Source: Neodothiora populina (lineage: Eukaryota). Taken from it: a stretch of 64,000 bases of DNA. Below the pieces are notes generated by a model. The model was not told the origin of the DNA. It saw only the letters and a list, made by a program, of their open reading frames with translations, and searched no databases. Each line of letters opens with the position of its first letter. The stretch's first letter is position 1. The position numbers and the translations under genes were made by a program. The stretch lies in the NCBI RefSeq assembly GCF_041146345.1, contig NW_027191406.1:744001-808000 (forward strand), written 5' to 3'. Positions 10,999-23,157 of the stretch are shown piece after piece.

Positions 10999-12258
10999 CT
11001 ACTCCTTCTTCGCGCCAAGCACACTCTTAACAGCATCGAGAACCTCCCCATGCAGACCCTTAGGAGCAGCGACAACGCCCTTGTTCTTCGCCAGCGTCCT
11101 GCCCTGTCCAAAGTCCAGTCTCGCACCACTGACGTCCGTGACCTCACCGCCAGCCTCTCTGACAATCAAGTCTCCAGCAGCGTGATCCCAGATTTTCTCC
11201 TGGTAGTCCTTTCGGACGGGCAGACGCAGATAGACCTCGCCCGCGCCGCGCGCGATACTGCCGTATTTGGCCTGCGAGTCCATGCGCACGCTGGGCTTGG
11301 TGATGCCGAGTTTGGCGGCGATGTCGGCCTGGTCGCCGTGCGACGAGTGGCCGGCTTCGACAGACTCGCAGAAGGTGGCGTCTTTGAGCGAGGAGATTTC
11401 GCTCATGTGGATGGGCTGCGAGGGGAGGAGGGCGGCGCGGCCGAGGGGCCGCGAGGTGGCGCCTTGGGATTGTACGGCGGAGAACAGGACGCCTTTGCCC
11501 TCGGAGTCGGTGGCGTTGGCGCCTAGGTCTTCGGTCAGAGGCACCGAGTCGTCGACGGGGAGGTTGGGGCAGCCCAGCACGCCGACTTTGACGTCGCCGT
11601 CGACCATGAGCGCGAGGCACACTGCGTATTGTCCTCCACGGAGGAAGCCCTTGGTGCCGTCGATGGGGTCGAGAGCCCAGATGCGGCCCGTGTTGCCGCC
11701 CTTGGAGGCGCCCTTGTCGAGGACGTCGAGCATTTCGCCGTCGGACTTGATGGCGCCTCCGAGCTCTTTCTCGCTGGCTTCGTCGTCGAGTTTGGCGGCT
11801 TGCACGAGGTCCCACACGGTTGCTTTGAGTGAGGCCGACTCGCGGAGGTCCTTGGCTTCCTCTTCCCCGACGATCTCGTCGTCGGGGAAGTTGTGCGCGA
11901 TGGCGGCGATTATGAGGGCTTGGGCGCCGAAGTCGCCAATCGTCACCGGTGAGGCATCGGACTTATTCAGCGTGCCCTTTGCGTGGCTGTGGAAGACGGT
12001 CTTGGTCAGGAGAGTGGCACGTTGCACGGCCAGTTCGGCCATGTGCAGCTCCTTTGCGTATGATGATGAAGAGGCCATGATGTTGTTGGTGGTGGTCGAG
12101 GAAGAAAAGGTAGCGGTCTGAGGTGTGAAGTGGCGGGCGAGGAGGCGTAGACGGGGAACCACTGTTGGGAAAAGCGAAAAGGCCAGAATGACGATTGACA
12201 CGAGGACAATTGATCGAATAGAGGTGAATCCGAAAGAAGAAGACGACGACGGTGACAT
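10999..12258 (-). CDS. MET22: 3'(2'),5'-bisphosphate nucleotidase (Hal2/Met22); second in-frame ATG at 12078
   Basis: KSDASPVTIGDFGAQA, IVGEE, WALDPIDGTKGFLRGGQYAVCLAL, GCPNLP, MDSQAKY, YQEKIWDHAAG. Confidence 0.96.
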   Translation of the reverse strand: MSPSSSSSFGFTSIRSIVLVSIVILAFSLFPTVVPRLRLLARHFTPQTATFSSSTTTNNIMASSSSYAKELHMAELAVQRATLLTKTVFHSHAKGTLNKSDASPVTIGDFGAQALIIAAIAHNFPDDEIVGEEEAKDLRESASLKATVWDLVQAAKLDDEASEKELGGAIKSDGEMLDVLDKGASKGGNTGRIWALDPIDGTKGFLRGGQYAVCLALMVDGDVKVGVLGCPNLPVDDSVPLTEDLGANATDSEGKGVLFSAVQSQGATSRPLGRAALLPSQPIHMSEISSLKDATFCESVEAGHSSHGDQADIAAKLGITKPSVRMDSQAKYGSIARGAGEVYLRLPVRKDYQEKIWDHAAGDLIVREAGGEVTDVSGARLDFGQGRTLAKNKGVVAAPKGLHGEVLDAVKSVLGAKKE

Positions 12259-13000
12259 TTGTTTCGTCTAAAAGCGCCGTCTGGGAATGATGTGATGCTT
12301 CTTTCTGACTTTCTGGTGGGGTTGAACGGGGGCTTGGCGATGGAGGGGTATTTCACTGCATTACCTATTGTTCCGGTCAATCATTCTACTGAGTCTTCCG
12401 AGCCACTGTATGATCTGTGGTTGAAAATAAATCCGGCCATTGCTACTTGTACTGCACCGAGTCTTTGATACCTGCTGCAATCACGTCGGGTAGTCTCATT
12501 GGATAAGGTAGGTACCTCAGGCCATTGTGCAACAAAGTATACGCGTCCCTGAAGCAGATTCACAGCCCCTGATGGACGAACATGCGATCACAACTACACA
12601 TCTCTAAGAGACTTGCGAATTATGAGAAACACAATCTTCTGGCTCTGCTTGGACATTTGCTTACGCCAAACAGACAATCTCTTCCCAGATCCTCCAACAC
12701 AGTACAGGTATAGCAAGGTACATGTATCTCATGCACTCTGTGGATTGTGGCTGATTGGCAACAAGCCATGACGCAATGGGGCTCCTGCAAGCGAACATGA
12801 GGATCAGCAAGAAATCAGGTTTGTGGCACGGCGAGCATTGCTGTGCTGCCACGATCAAAACCCCAAGGGCCACCCCATTTCAGCCACCAACTGTGGCTAA
12901 CACTTCTTTTGCTCTTGTCTGCCTGTGAAATACGAACAAATATACACTGCAAATGCAAACCCAATCCTCTTTGCCTTGCTAGAACTATCAGCCACAAGAC

Positions 13001-13469
13001 ATGGCTTCCGCTGCAGTCACTCAAAAACCGGCAAAGACCCAGCAGGTCTCCAGGTCTGCGAACGAGCAACCTGTGATGCAGAGAGAGGAGAAGGAGGCTA
13101 GTGCTAGTGGTAGTGCATCTGTGGGTGACAACCCTCCCTGTCTCGAGAGCATAGGATTCGCAGCCTGTCCGAGATACTGCGGCAGCGTCATTGAGAAATG
13201 GCTGGTCATTGAAACGCACTGCAGAACATCCATCACTGATGCCACTCAATCCATAGGCTGGTCTGAATCTCAACATCTTCGGTGCCATCTCCGGCGCTTT
13301 CTCCGGCAAGTCCAGCAAGCAGCAGGAAAATGATGGCTCCTCCATAGAAAGAGAAGAGAAGACCTCTCACATTAGTGGAGTCGGTATGGGTCAGGCTAAT
13401 GCAGCCGCTGCTGCGAATGCTGAAGCCAGGGCTCGACAAGAGCGTGAGCAGATCATGGCGAGCAAGTAG
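13001..13469 (+). CDS. Small (110 aa) hypothetical protein; intron 13121-13256
   Basis: GTGGGT..CTGAT..TAG phase-0 intron gives MASAAVTQKP...SGSAS|AGLNLNIFGAISGAFSGKSSKQQENDGSSIEREEK...ARQEREQIMASK*. Confidence 0.65.
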
Positions 13470-13985
13470 TGCGCGAATCGTCGCTATCGCCTATTGCGTT
13501 ATGGCACGCATGAAACGAATACACGAATAGAATGACATAAATCACAAGTCGCCGAATCCAGCGTATAATGCGTCCTATATTTCCTATTGAGCTTGTTGTC
13601 GTATGCCGGTAGAAAGTGGTGCGGCTTTACTGTATCTCTACTGCCGTGCGTAGCCTTGCATTGAGTGTAGTCCATATCTCTGTCGTGATAGATCAACCCC
13701 GCTAGAAAGTAGCAGCAGCCGTACCGGTGGCGACGGTGTGATTCATGATTCATGGCTTGACAAGTTGTGTAGCAAGTCAATATAAACTGAAAAGGAATGT
13801 CTCAGGAACACGCAAGTGAAGGTAATTACAGTAACAATCTAAGCACAACCCAGATTGTGGGGAAGGACCGCAATCTTGTCGGAGACGTTGCCGATCTCAG
13901 GAACACACAACGCCCCTGATGGAATGTTCCTTGTTCGCTAGTAAAAGTCCTTCTCCTCGATTTCGAGACACGGAAACATAAAAGC

Positions 13986-15229
13986 ATGCCAGGCTCAGAT
14001 TCGCATACGAGTGCCAGGAGAAATAGAGGTGTGCAAGACGGCTCCGTGTCGGGTCTGCTCAACAGGGTATGGCTGGTTTGTGTACGTTCACTTGTGCTAT
14101 GGGCCCGCAGCGCCGCAAATATGGATCGAGTCAAACTAATCCTGGATGTCAAGGAACCCTATGCCGCCGACTACGCTGGCTTGGCCGCTCTTGTGACAAC
14201 ATATGTGGTCTCTCAGATATTTCTCTTTGATCAACCGTTTCATCGCATGTTTTCTCTCGATGATCGCAGAATTCAATACCCTCACGCAGATATAGAACAT
14301 GTTCCTGTCGGTATGTTTTGAGATGAGTAAAGATCGCTGATATAGAATTGCTGATATGCTCTGCAGTGTGGCTGCTCATATACGCCTTGGTCCTCCCTTG
14401 TGCTATCATTACGATATGGAGTCTTGTGCTTTTCAAACCGCACAAGATTCACGTGACCATGCTTGGTTTCGCCGTGAGCATGCTCCTGACGCTGTTCGTA
14501 ACCGATGTAGGTTGCCTAATGTTATGCATATCTATCATTCAACATCTAACGAAGCTAGATCGTCAAGAATGCTGTTGGACGTCCGCGCCCGGATCTCATC
14601 TCTCGCTGTAGGCCGGTACGTTTTGTTCGCCCTTACTTGTTACAAGCTGTTCACTGACATGTCCTAGGCAACTGGAACACCGGAGCATGAACTTATCGAC
14701 TGGCAGAGATGCACACAGACAGACCATCATGTCCTACATGACGGTTGGCGGTCGTTTCCTTCCGGACATAGTTCCTTCTCCTTCAGCGGCTTCGGATACC
14801 TCGCTTTCTTCATGAGTTGGTCCCTCGGCATCCATCTTTTGGCAGCATTTGTTGACGATTACCCTAGTGAGCCAATTCCGCGTTTGCTTGCCTCGCGCTG
14901 GGCTGGGAAAAACGCTACTTGCCGTGTCACCCTTTCTAGGTGCCTTACTGATAGCGGTGACGCGCTTGGAAGACTATAGACATGATGTTTTTGATGTCGT
15001 GGTGGGCTCGCTCATAGGCCTTTGCATTTCATATCTGAGTTGGCGGAGATATTATCCTGCACTATCGTCTGCAAAATGCAGTGAGCCGCACAAGGCACAT
15101 GCCGATGAGACCACCCACTCCAGGTTTGGTCGGGTCAGAGACGAAGAGGAGATGATTGGAAACGCGAGAGAGTTCGAACTGAGTGAGGATGAGAGCAGGA
15201 ATTCATTATCCATGCCGTGGAGCCGATAA
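13986..15229 (+). CDS. PAP2-family lipid phosphate phosphatase (Dpp1/Lpp1-like), 4 introns
   Basis: After splicing, all three PAP2 motifs are present: KNAVGRPRPD, SFPSGHSS, TRLEDYRHDVFDV. Multiple TM helices. Confidence 0.92.
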
Positions 15230-16402
15230 GGTGTAGGGTGCTAGATGTACTGTAAGATAGATAGTGGTCGGCCTTTACACACGCCGACCAGTTCGAAAGA
15301 GGGTCCCTGTCACAAAATCATAACAGGACGAGCAAGCGTCAAGTTTAGAAATTTCATTGGATTGATTATGGTTTGGATCTTACCGTAGAGGTTATAAAAG
15401 TCAGGGTCAAGCACCGGCCAAGAATTTATGCCACGTTCAAGCAACGCGCGTTCGAGAAACGGCCATAACGAGGGTGAGATCGCATCGCACTTACTTCTAT
15501 TGTCAAACACGACTGAGCTCAATTCAGTTGACTTTCTTGTCTTGCATAAAGAAAAGAACCTGAACATCTTCACAGAATGTCCTTCACCTGAGTGCTTGCA
15601 GGTTGATACTCCCAGTGTGGTCGCTCGTGTTGGGCCAGAGTGCAACAAGGATTCCTCGGGCAGTACTTCCGACCCCAGATAAGCGAGCCAGTTCACGCTA
15701 ACGCGCGCCCCTGTCTAACCGTCAAAGGTCCATCTGTTTTAGCATGCGTACAGTATGCTTCTGCGTCGGGTATCGACTTTTGAAGCGGAGCATGATGATC
15801 GCCATTGCACATGTCGCATCGTCGCTGGCATTCGGGAGAACAGTATATGACTATCTGGCGTCGAGTCAGTTTAATGGAAGACCATGATAGCAGATCATCA
15901 GAATAACTTGTGCGACTGAGGCGAAAAATGATCGTCGCGCGGGTCCCCCGTGGAGTGGAAGGTTTGAGGCTCGCGCGGGCCCAAGCTCAACTTGTTCTGG
16001 CCTTGGTCATTAGCCTTTGCCTCTGAGAATTGTTCCTTGGTCTGCCCTGCTTAAGGTATAGAGGACGGCAGAGTAGCTCCTACCTATTTCAACATCTCTG
16101 CTCTCTTTCCCCCTCCATCTCCGACCGTCTTTCGGAGAAGAAGAAGAAGAAGCACAGCGGTCGCTCTTGTGTCATTCGTTATCACAGACCCGCGCATATT
16201 CTCTCGCTTTTGGCTCTTTTGCCTTGCAACTATCGCCTCGTGTTGATCGCATCTAGTCTCGACTTCCTGTGGTGTTTCAGATCTGTGCTCTCCCAACAGA
16301 AATACTCCTAATTTACACATTAATTGATCTCCCGCATCCCAACCACGTACAAGTGTTTCTTGTTCAGACTGCTTGCTGCTGAGAAGAGTCACTACACACA
16401 AG

Positions 16403-17969
16403 ATGCGCTCAAGTATTGTTCTCGGTTTCACCGCTCTTGCGGCATCTGTTACTGCAATTCCTACCATCAGTGCCAAGGGTACTATCAATCCTTTGCAATC
16501 TGCGATTCTTTCCAGGACTGACACTTCCCAGGCGCAAAGTTCTTCACTAGCGAAGGAAACCAGTACTTCGTAAAGGGTGCGTAATTACTGGTCTTGTGTG
16601 TCTCAAGATCATTTCACTCATCCAAAGTAGGTATTGCGTACCAACTGACTCCTGATGACCCACTCGCGAATGCCGAGCAATGCAAACTCGATTCTGCCCT
16701 CATGAAAACATTGGGTGCCAACGCGATCCGAGTATACCATGTCGACCCGACTGCCGACCACACTTCATGCATGTCCACTTTTGCCGATGATGGAATCTAC
16801 CTATTTCTTGACCTGGACACCTTCACTTCTCAAATCGAGCAGGTATGTCATGTAGACTACAATAAAATCCATGCAACGCCAGCTGACCACAAGGATCAGG
16901 AAACCCCGTCATGGACTGAATCACAGTTCTCGGCTTTCCAGGCTGTAATGGACGAGTTCCAGCAGTTTGACAATACTGCCGGCTTCTTCGTGGGCAATGA
17001 AGTCTTGACCACAGGAAACAACTCCGTCGCCGCGCCATACGTCAAGGCTGCTGCTCGTGACATGAAGGCTTATCGCAACTCCAAGGGATACCGTGAGATT
17101 CCTGTTGGCTACTCTGCTGGTTAGTGAAGATCTCTTTCGCACTTCCATGGTATGACACTAACTCAAGACTAGCTGACATTTCATCTCTGCGGCCAAACCT
17201 CCAAAATTACATGGCATGTGGTGCAAATGCATCCGAGGCTCTCGATTTCTTTGCTCTCAACGCGTACGAATGGTGTGGCGATTCATCCTACACCGTCTCT
17301 GGATACTCCCAGCTCAATGCGAACGTGACCGACTACAACATTCCTATCTTCTTTTCCGAGACTGGTTGCAACACACCAAAGCCCCGTACTTTTGACGATC
17401 AAGCTGCTATCTTTGGCTCCGATATGTCTCAGTACTGGAGTGGCGCCATCATCTACGAGTGGATCCAGGAAGGTAACGATTACGGCCTGATTTCTTACGG
17501 ACCGACCGTGGCATCGACTGCTACCGCCAATGGTGTCTACGATGGATACAGCCGCACCGGAACACCGACGCCCATTTCTCCTGACTTCAGCAATCTCAGC
17601 ACGCAGTGGGCAACTCTGACTCCTACCGGTATCGCAATGTCTGCGTATACTCCCTCGAATAGCGCTCCCTCGTGTCCAGCTTATACTTCGGCGCAGTGGG
17701 ACGTTAACGGGGATGTCGCCCTGCCTAGCCTTGGCCAGATCTACAATGCTGAGGTCTCCTCTTCCATCACCGCAGGTACTGCGGCAGCGAGTGCAAGCCC
17801 CTCAGCATCTGCAAGCGGTAGCGGGAGTGCTGCTGCTGGCACTACCGGCAGTGCAACGGGGACAGCAGCATCCTCGACCAGCACAGGTATGGCAAACCCT
17901 AGCAAGGAGATTGCAGGCATGAGCGCTGGTCTTGTTGCCGTCATGATTGGCTTCGTGTGGTGGCTTTGA
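16403..17969 (+). CDS. GH72 1,3-beta-glucanosyltransferase (Gas/Gel family, no X8 domain), GPI-anchored
   Basis: Signal peptide, KGIAYQ, GANAIRVYHVDP, FFVGNEV and FFSETGCN catalytic Glu motifs, NAYEWCG, Ser/Thr/Ala tail and hydrophobic C-terminus. Confidence 0.95.
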
Positions 17970-19005
17970 GAAGGCTTACCACTAACCTGACGAAGTGGAG
18001 GAACTCATGCGCATTTTTTTACTTAATTTCTTTATGATGGGCGTCAAGCCCTTTTCATGATTCTTGTACCATAGATCTCATCAATCTGGGCCAGTTACTA
18101 ATGTGGATATTGGAGGTGGAAACGGAGGTACTGGGTTACACTGACTATGGAGGTGTATCAGTCCCTCTTTTAATCGTATCAATCGAATGATGATACCCAA
18201 CGTATACCTTGATAGGAGTTCGGTTCTGTTCACAGAATAATCGTTGTAGGATACATGCGCCAGCTTGGCCATTTGGCAACTACGCTTCGTGCACCAGATT
18301 TTTGCTCCAGTAACGATATCCCGAAAGAGCAGTCCACTACTATAGTCGTGCGACCGCGGTGACGCATGCGCAAGCCCAGCGAGATTCCCAGCTCGTCCAT
18401 GGTCGGACATGCAGACCAATCGACGAAGCGTGAGTGGTCGAAGAAGACAAGAAACGATATCGGTAGATAATACAGATAATGTCCCGTTCGAGAATTGGAT
18501 CTCGTCCCGACCAACCGCGAACGTCTGTGGATATCCTTTCAACGAGCCACTGACTTTGCTGTGCGAGTGTTTCTTGTTGCTTGCGTGAAACGAGATAGTC
18601 CTGGTGTGTTGGAGGGAAATGTGGGTGTAGCTCAGGTGCTGGTCGGTCGTCGCCGTCCGAACGTTCTATGCCTGTAGGTGTCGTATGTTTGTCGAATGCC
18701 TTGGACATCTTGAACCAGTCTTGCTTCTTGAGCGTGGGGTTTGTGTCGGGTGCTGGTTTGGCTTAGTCGAGTGGGTGGGCCGGTATACTTATAGTTCTGG
18801 TTGATCGTTACTGTGCATTTGGTTCGATGTCTTGACGGCAACCTGGTTTCGACAAATTCGGGATTGGGCTATAGTGGTATGGATAGGGTTGCCCTCCGTG
18901 CAACGCGAAGTTTGCGTCCGTCAAAGGACGTCATCTCTAAAACGTCCAAAAGGTCCTAAGAGAAAGACGCATCGAGTCGCGCTTCCAGCCACACACATAC
19001 ACACA

Positions 19006-19959
19006 CTACATGACCACGCAGGGAGGCGGCTCACTCCTGCCTCCAGCCGCAGTAGTGGTCATCGCAGCGGTCCTAGCGAGATCCTCAAACACCTGCGCGC
19101 ACAACTCACCCGTGTTAGCCGAACACTCGCAGTAGCGATCGCACCTCATTTCCTGCGCCGTGTTGAGGCCCTCGTAGGGCATCACCATGCCGTCGACGCC
19201 TTCGCGCCTCAAGTCACGTTTCAAGCCCAGCAGGATGACGGGCAGCGATTCGTCGTAGTTGAAGTGAGTCTCGACGATGTGCTTCCAGGTTGTTTGCACA
19301 GATTTCAGCGTGGCGCGAGAGGTGACGTCGTAGCAGAGGACAATTAGATTGGGGCGCAGCAGGGTGTAGTTTTCTGGACTGCTGGTGTCGGAGAAGTGGA
19401 GTCGAAAGGGTCGAGAGCCGAAGGTGGCGTCGAAGTTGAAGGGCTGGTTTATGTCTCGTAGGAGAGGGAGAGATTGTTTTTGCTGTCCTGACCCTGGGCC
19501 GAGGATGATTCGCCTGTTTGGGTTGGAGACAAGTGTCAGATTTATGAGAGGCTTTGCTAGCAAAGGTGGTTGCCGAGCATATCTACAAGTATGTCAAGCC
19601 GCCGAGGAATGATAAATGAAAGATGATGAGATGAGCAGGAAAGCTCAATGGCAAGACCATGAGTATGTGACTGATCATGTCTGGTCATTGTAGTCTCGAT
19701 TCGAACAGAGGAGGATATCGACCAGGGCGAGATCAACATAGCATATATATTGCTTGCCATTCCTTGCCAAATACAAGCACATATATCTTGACTTCAATGC
19801 AGTATTGAGAGTGCAGTAAGACGGAATAACCATGAGGAGAAACACGACAAGAGTCTCTTGCGGACTAATTGATATAGAAAATAACACTTACGAGAGAAAG
19901 GCTGATTTGCCCACATTGGCATCGCCCAACAGCAAGATGCCGATCTCGGGCACGCTCAT
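19006..19959 (-). CDS. Atypical Rho-like small GTPase with CAAX box; 378-nt intron 19891-19514
   Basis: Exon 1 MSVPEIGILLLGDANVGKSAFL joins via GTAAGT..CTGAC..CAG in frame to FSDTSSPENY, LCYDV, LGLKRDLR, YCECSA and C-terminal CVVM. Confidence 0.85.
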
Positions 19960-20555
19960 GGACAAGAAAGAGAAGCAGTGGTGGGAAGACAGACAAGTGA
20001 AACGAGGGATGAAGGGAAATCAAGGTACAGTACGATATGCACGAGCTTCGACGTCGCTGACTCTCTGAGCTCCCTTTGGTTGTCTTGCTTCGGAATAGGT
20101 GGAGAGCTGCAGGGGAGCGGGCGCATTGTGCGTGGCATGGCATCAGTGCATGGCAGATGCACAGCAAATGGCGGGCATATGGCGCAATCCGGCGTTAGCG
20201 TCTTTTGTCGATCCGTTCTTTTTGAGCTTCCCCAAGTTTCAGGAAAAGTCTACTTTGACATCCCACTATGAAGAACAACGACGTTGGAGCCTTCCATTCT
20301 GTCCTTCATAATTTCAGTATTTCGAGAGAGTCCCCGAGTAGAGAGTGGACCCTTGCTCTTCTGCGTCCAGATTGAAAGTCCCCGTCATCTGGGCTACAGC
20401 CGACTTTTCTTTCGCTCCAGTTGAAAAACCAAAAAAATTGAGAATTGCCCTTCGACTCGGACTGACTCACCTTGACGAGACGGAGACGAAGAGTAAGAAA
20501 AAGAAGAACAAGAACGAATAGCGCTGCGTCGCGATCCCACAACATATCTCTCACC

Positions 20556-22021
20556 ATGCGCAACTTGGTGGTCATGGGCGGGAGCTCCCACCCAAAGCTC
20601 GTCGAGGTGATCTGCAACCACTTGGGCATCGAAAAGGCGAATGTTCTTCTTTCCAAATTCGCTGTGGGAGAAACCAGAGTTGAGATCTTTGACTCGGTTC
20701 GCGGCAAAGACGTCTTCATTATCCAGTCTGGTGGTGGAAAAGTGAACGACAACCTGATCGAGCTCCTCATTGCCATTTCTGCCTGCAAGACCGCCTCGGC
20801 CAGGCGCGTCACAGTCGTGGTCCCGCTTTTTCCATACTCGAGACAGAGCGACATCCCGTACAACAAGGTCGGAGCCCCTCTCGCAAAGATTCCCACCCAC
20901 GGTGCCAGGCCCGACAATTACACATTCGATAGCCGCCCAGCCACGCCGCTACCAGGTCAAGCTGAAACCGGAGGAGTCAAAGGCGGAGATTTGCGAAAAA
21001 AGCTCATGGACATGCACTTGGCCAATGGTGACAAGGACTTTCCAAAGCAGGGCAGGAGGTCCACTGTGAACTCCGTGACCTCCGAGAAGTCCGAGTATCA
21101 GGAAGACAACAATGCCCTCACGCCCGTCGTGACCAACGGCAGCGTTGAAGGTGACAGCACCCTGAAGAGGACCCGCACAGCGAAGCCTCCCCACTTCGAA
21201 CCCCAGCGAGGATACAAGCAGTGGGTCGCTCAGGCTGGTACACTTGTGGCCGATCTCTTGACCTGCGCGGGCGCCGACCATGTTATTACCATGGATCTCC
21301 ACGACCCGCAATACCAGGGCTTCTTCGATATTCCTGTGGACAACCTGTACGGCAGACACATTCTGCGCAAGTACATTGAGCGCGAGGTTCCAAACTATGA
21401 GAACGCCGTCATCGTTAGTCCGGATGCCGGTGGCGCCAAACGTGCGACCGCTATCGCCGACGCACTTGGTATGCCGTTTGCTCTGATACACAAGGTAATA
21501 GTGAAATGGTGTAAGTGACGTTGTCTGGTATGAAACTGATGAATTATTGTAGGAGCGTCGTCCCACCCAGATCACCGATCGTCAAAATGCGACGATGATG
21601 CTCGTCGGTGATGTTGCTGGCAGAACCGCCATTCTTGTCGATGATCTGGCGGACACATCAAACACCATCACACGCGCTGCGAAGCTTGTGAAGAAGGAAG
21701 GCGCGACCAGAGTCATTGCTCTCGTTACACATGGCGTGCTTAGTGGCGACGCCATCGAACGCATCAATGCAAGCGCATTAGATCACGTCGTTGTCACCAA
21801 CAGTGTGGATCAGACCGAGCACTGTGAACAATGCCCGAAACTCGAAGTGCTCGAAATCGGACACGTCTTCGCAGAGGTAAGCCACACAAATGCTGTTGAA
21901 ATGGGACATGAGCCAACACTGCCTGTTGTAAGACACGAACGATCGATTGACTTTTATTCTACAGGCTATCAGGAGAGTCCATCACGGAGAGTCCATCTCA
22001 GTGCTCTTCCAGCACAACTAA
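20556..22021 (+). CDS. PRS5: Ribose-phosphate pyrophosphokinase, Prs5-like (long insertion after PYSRQ), 2 introns
   Basis: KFAVGET, SVRGKDVFIIQ, PLFPYSRQ, ITMDLHDPQYQGFFDIPVDNL, VSPDAGGAKRA, ILVDDLADTSNT, IRRVHHGESISVLF. Confidence 0.9.
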
Positions 22022-23157
22022 GCTGATCAAAAGACATTTCTTTGCAGACATGGGAATGTAGGAATGGTAAAAGTAAACGAGCAACTTAGGCGAGACATTG
22101 CACAACTGTATCGCGAGAGGTAAGGTAAGCGAGAATCATGATCACGGGCCTGTGATCTCATAGTGTACTCCACCTTCGAACCCGACAGGCTTGTCGAAGG
22201 GGCTGGTGTCACCACTACACAATTGCTGTTTTGCACCGCCTGTTATGGATGCCCTCGAGGAACAGATACTGTACAGAAAGATATACGAACTAGATGAAAG
22301 GGCATGAGGATCGTTATCCTCGCCGTCGGATTAACTAAAAAGGGCTTACTCGTTTTGAGATAGTGGTGTATCTCAGATTTCACATGTCACTGATCTAGAT
22401 GTGCTTTCTAGTGAAATTTGTGCAATCAATGCTTCTTGTTTGTGTTGTCCTATGTGCACATGAACTTTCCTTCTTCGCTTTCCCCTTCTTTCTTTTCCAC
22501 AAGTTCGAATATATTGAAGTCACAACAACTTCAATCGCAACAACCTCTTCACCTCTTTAGCAATAAGCTTTACACAACCTTAGGCTTAAGTCGAGCCTTC
22601 CACGCAATACAGGATTGCTTTAGCTGCTCCAACTGCCTCACTTGTTATCAACTACTCTCAACACGTCACATCACTTTCACATCGGCCTTTACATCAATCA
22701 TTACCAGCACACTGTACCTCCCCTGTCAGTGCTCTTGATATTCAACTCTTCTCTTTGCAACAGAAAACAACTTAAGTTCTGCTTGATTTTCGATTCACTT
22801 CTGTACCATCACCCTCTGCGCTTTCCTCATCCATCATCAACAAGAACGGAACAAACGAAAGCAAGGACAGCAGCTGCGACAGCAGCTGCATCATCATCAT
22901 CGTATCATCAGTATCATCATCATTGTCATCGTCATCTATTTCAATAACAACCTTCTATCTTCTACAAGGTAAGTTCAATTGTCTATCCACTCATCACATC
23001 TCGTTGCGGTTTGCACTTTGAGCAAATAGCGCGACAGCGCATAGCGCAAAGCTTCCGCGTCAAAGCTCGGACGCTTTTGGACTTTTGTTACCGCACCTGC
23101 CCTTTTGACTTGATGCGTATCGATTAATTCCCTTGCTTACACCCGTATTTTCACAGC

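Noticed and set aside
11050..12121. Long antisense and alternate-frame ORFs over MET22 (also over SPB4, RAD2, NCL1, PRS5, Rsm1, the cyclase and the MFS genes)
   Set aside because: Shadow ORFs produced by GC-rich codon bias of the real genes; no recognisable motifs.
15265..15290. 8-bp perfect inverted repeat TGGTCGGC..GCCGACCA after the PAP2 stop
   Set aside because: Isolated short stem expected by chance in 64 kb; intrinsic terminators do not apply to Pol II genes.
15310..15696. 128-aa minus-strand ORF and overlapping 84-aa plus-strand ORF
   Set aside because: No domain, no supporting splice structure; lies upstream of the GH72 gene.
18081..18841. Several 60-150 aa ORFs between the convergent GH72 and Rho-like genes
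   Set aside because: No coherent gene model or motif; probably 3'-UTR or intergenic.
19622..19674. ATGATGA..CTGA C/D-box-like pair in the Rho intron
   Set aside because: Antisense to the host transcript, only ~50 nt apart, and no recognisable rRNA guide.
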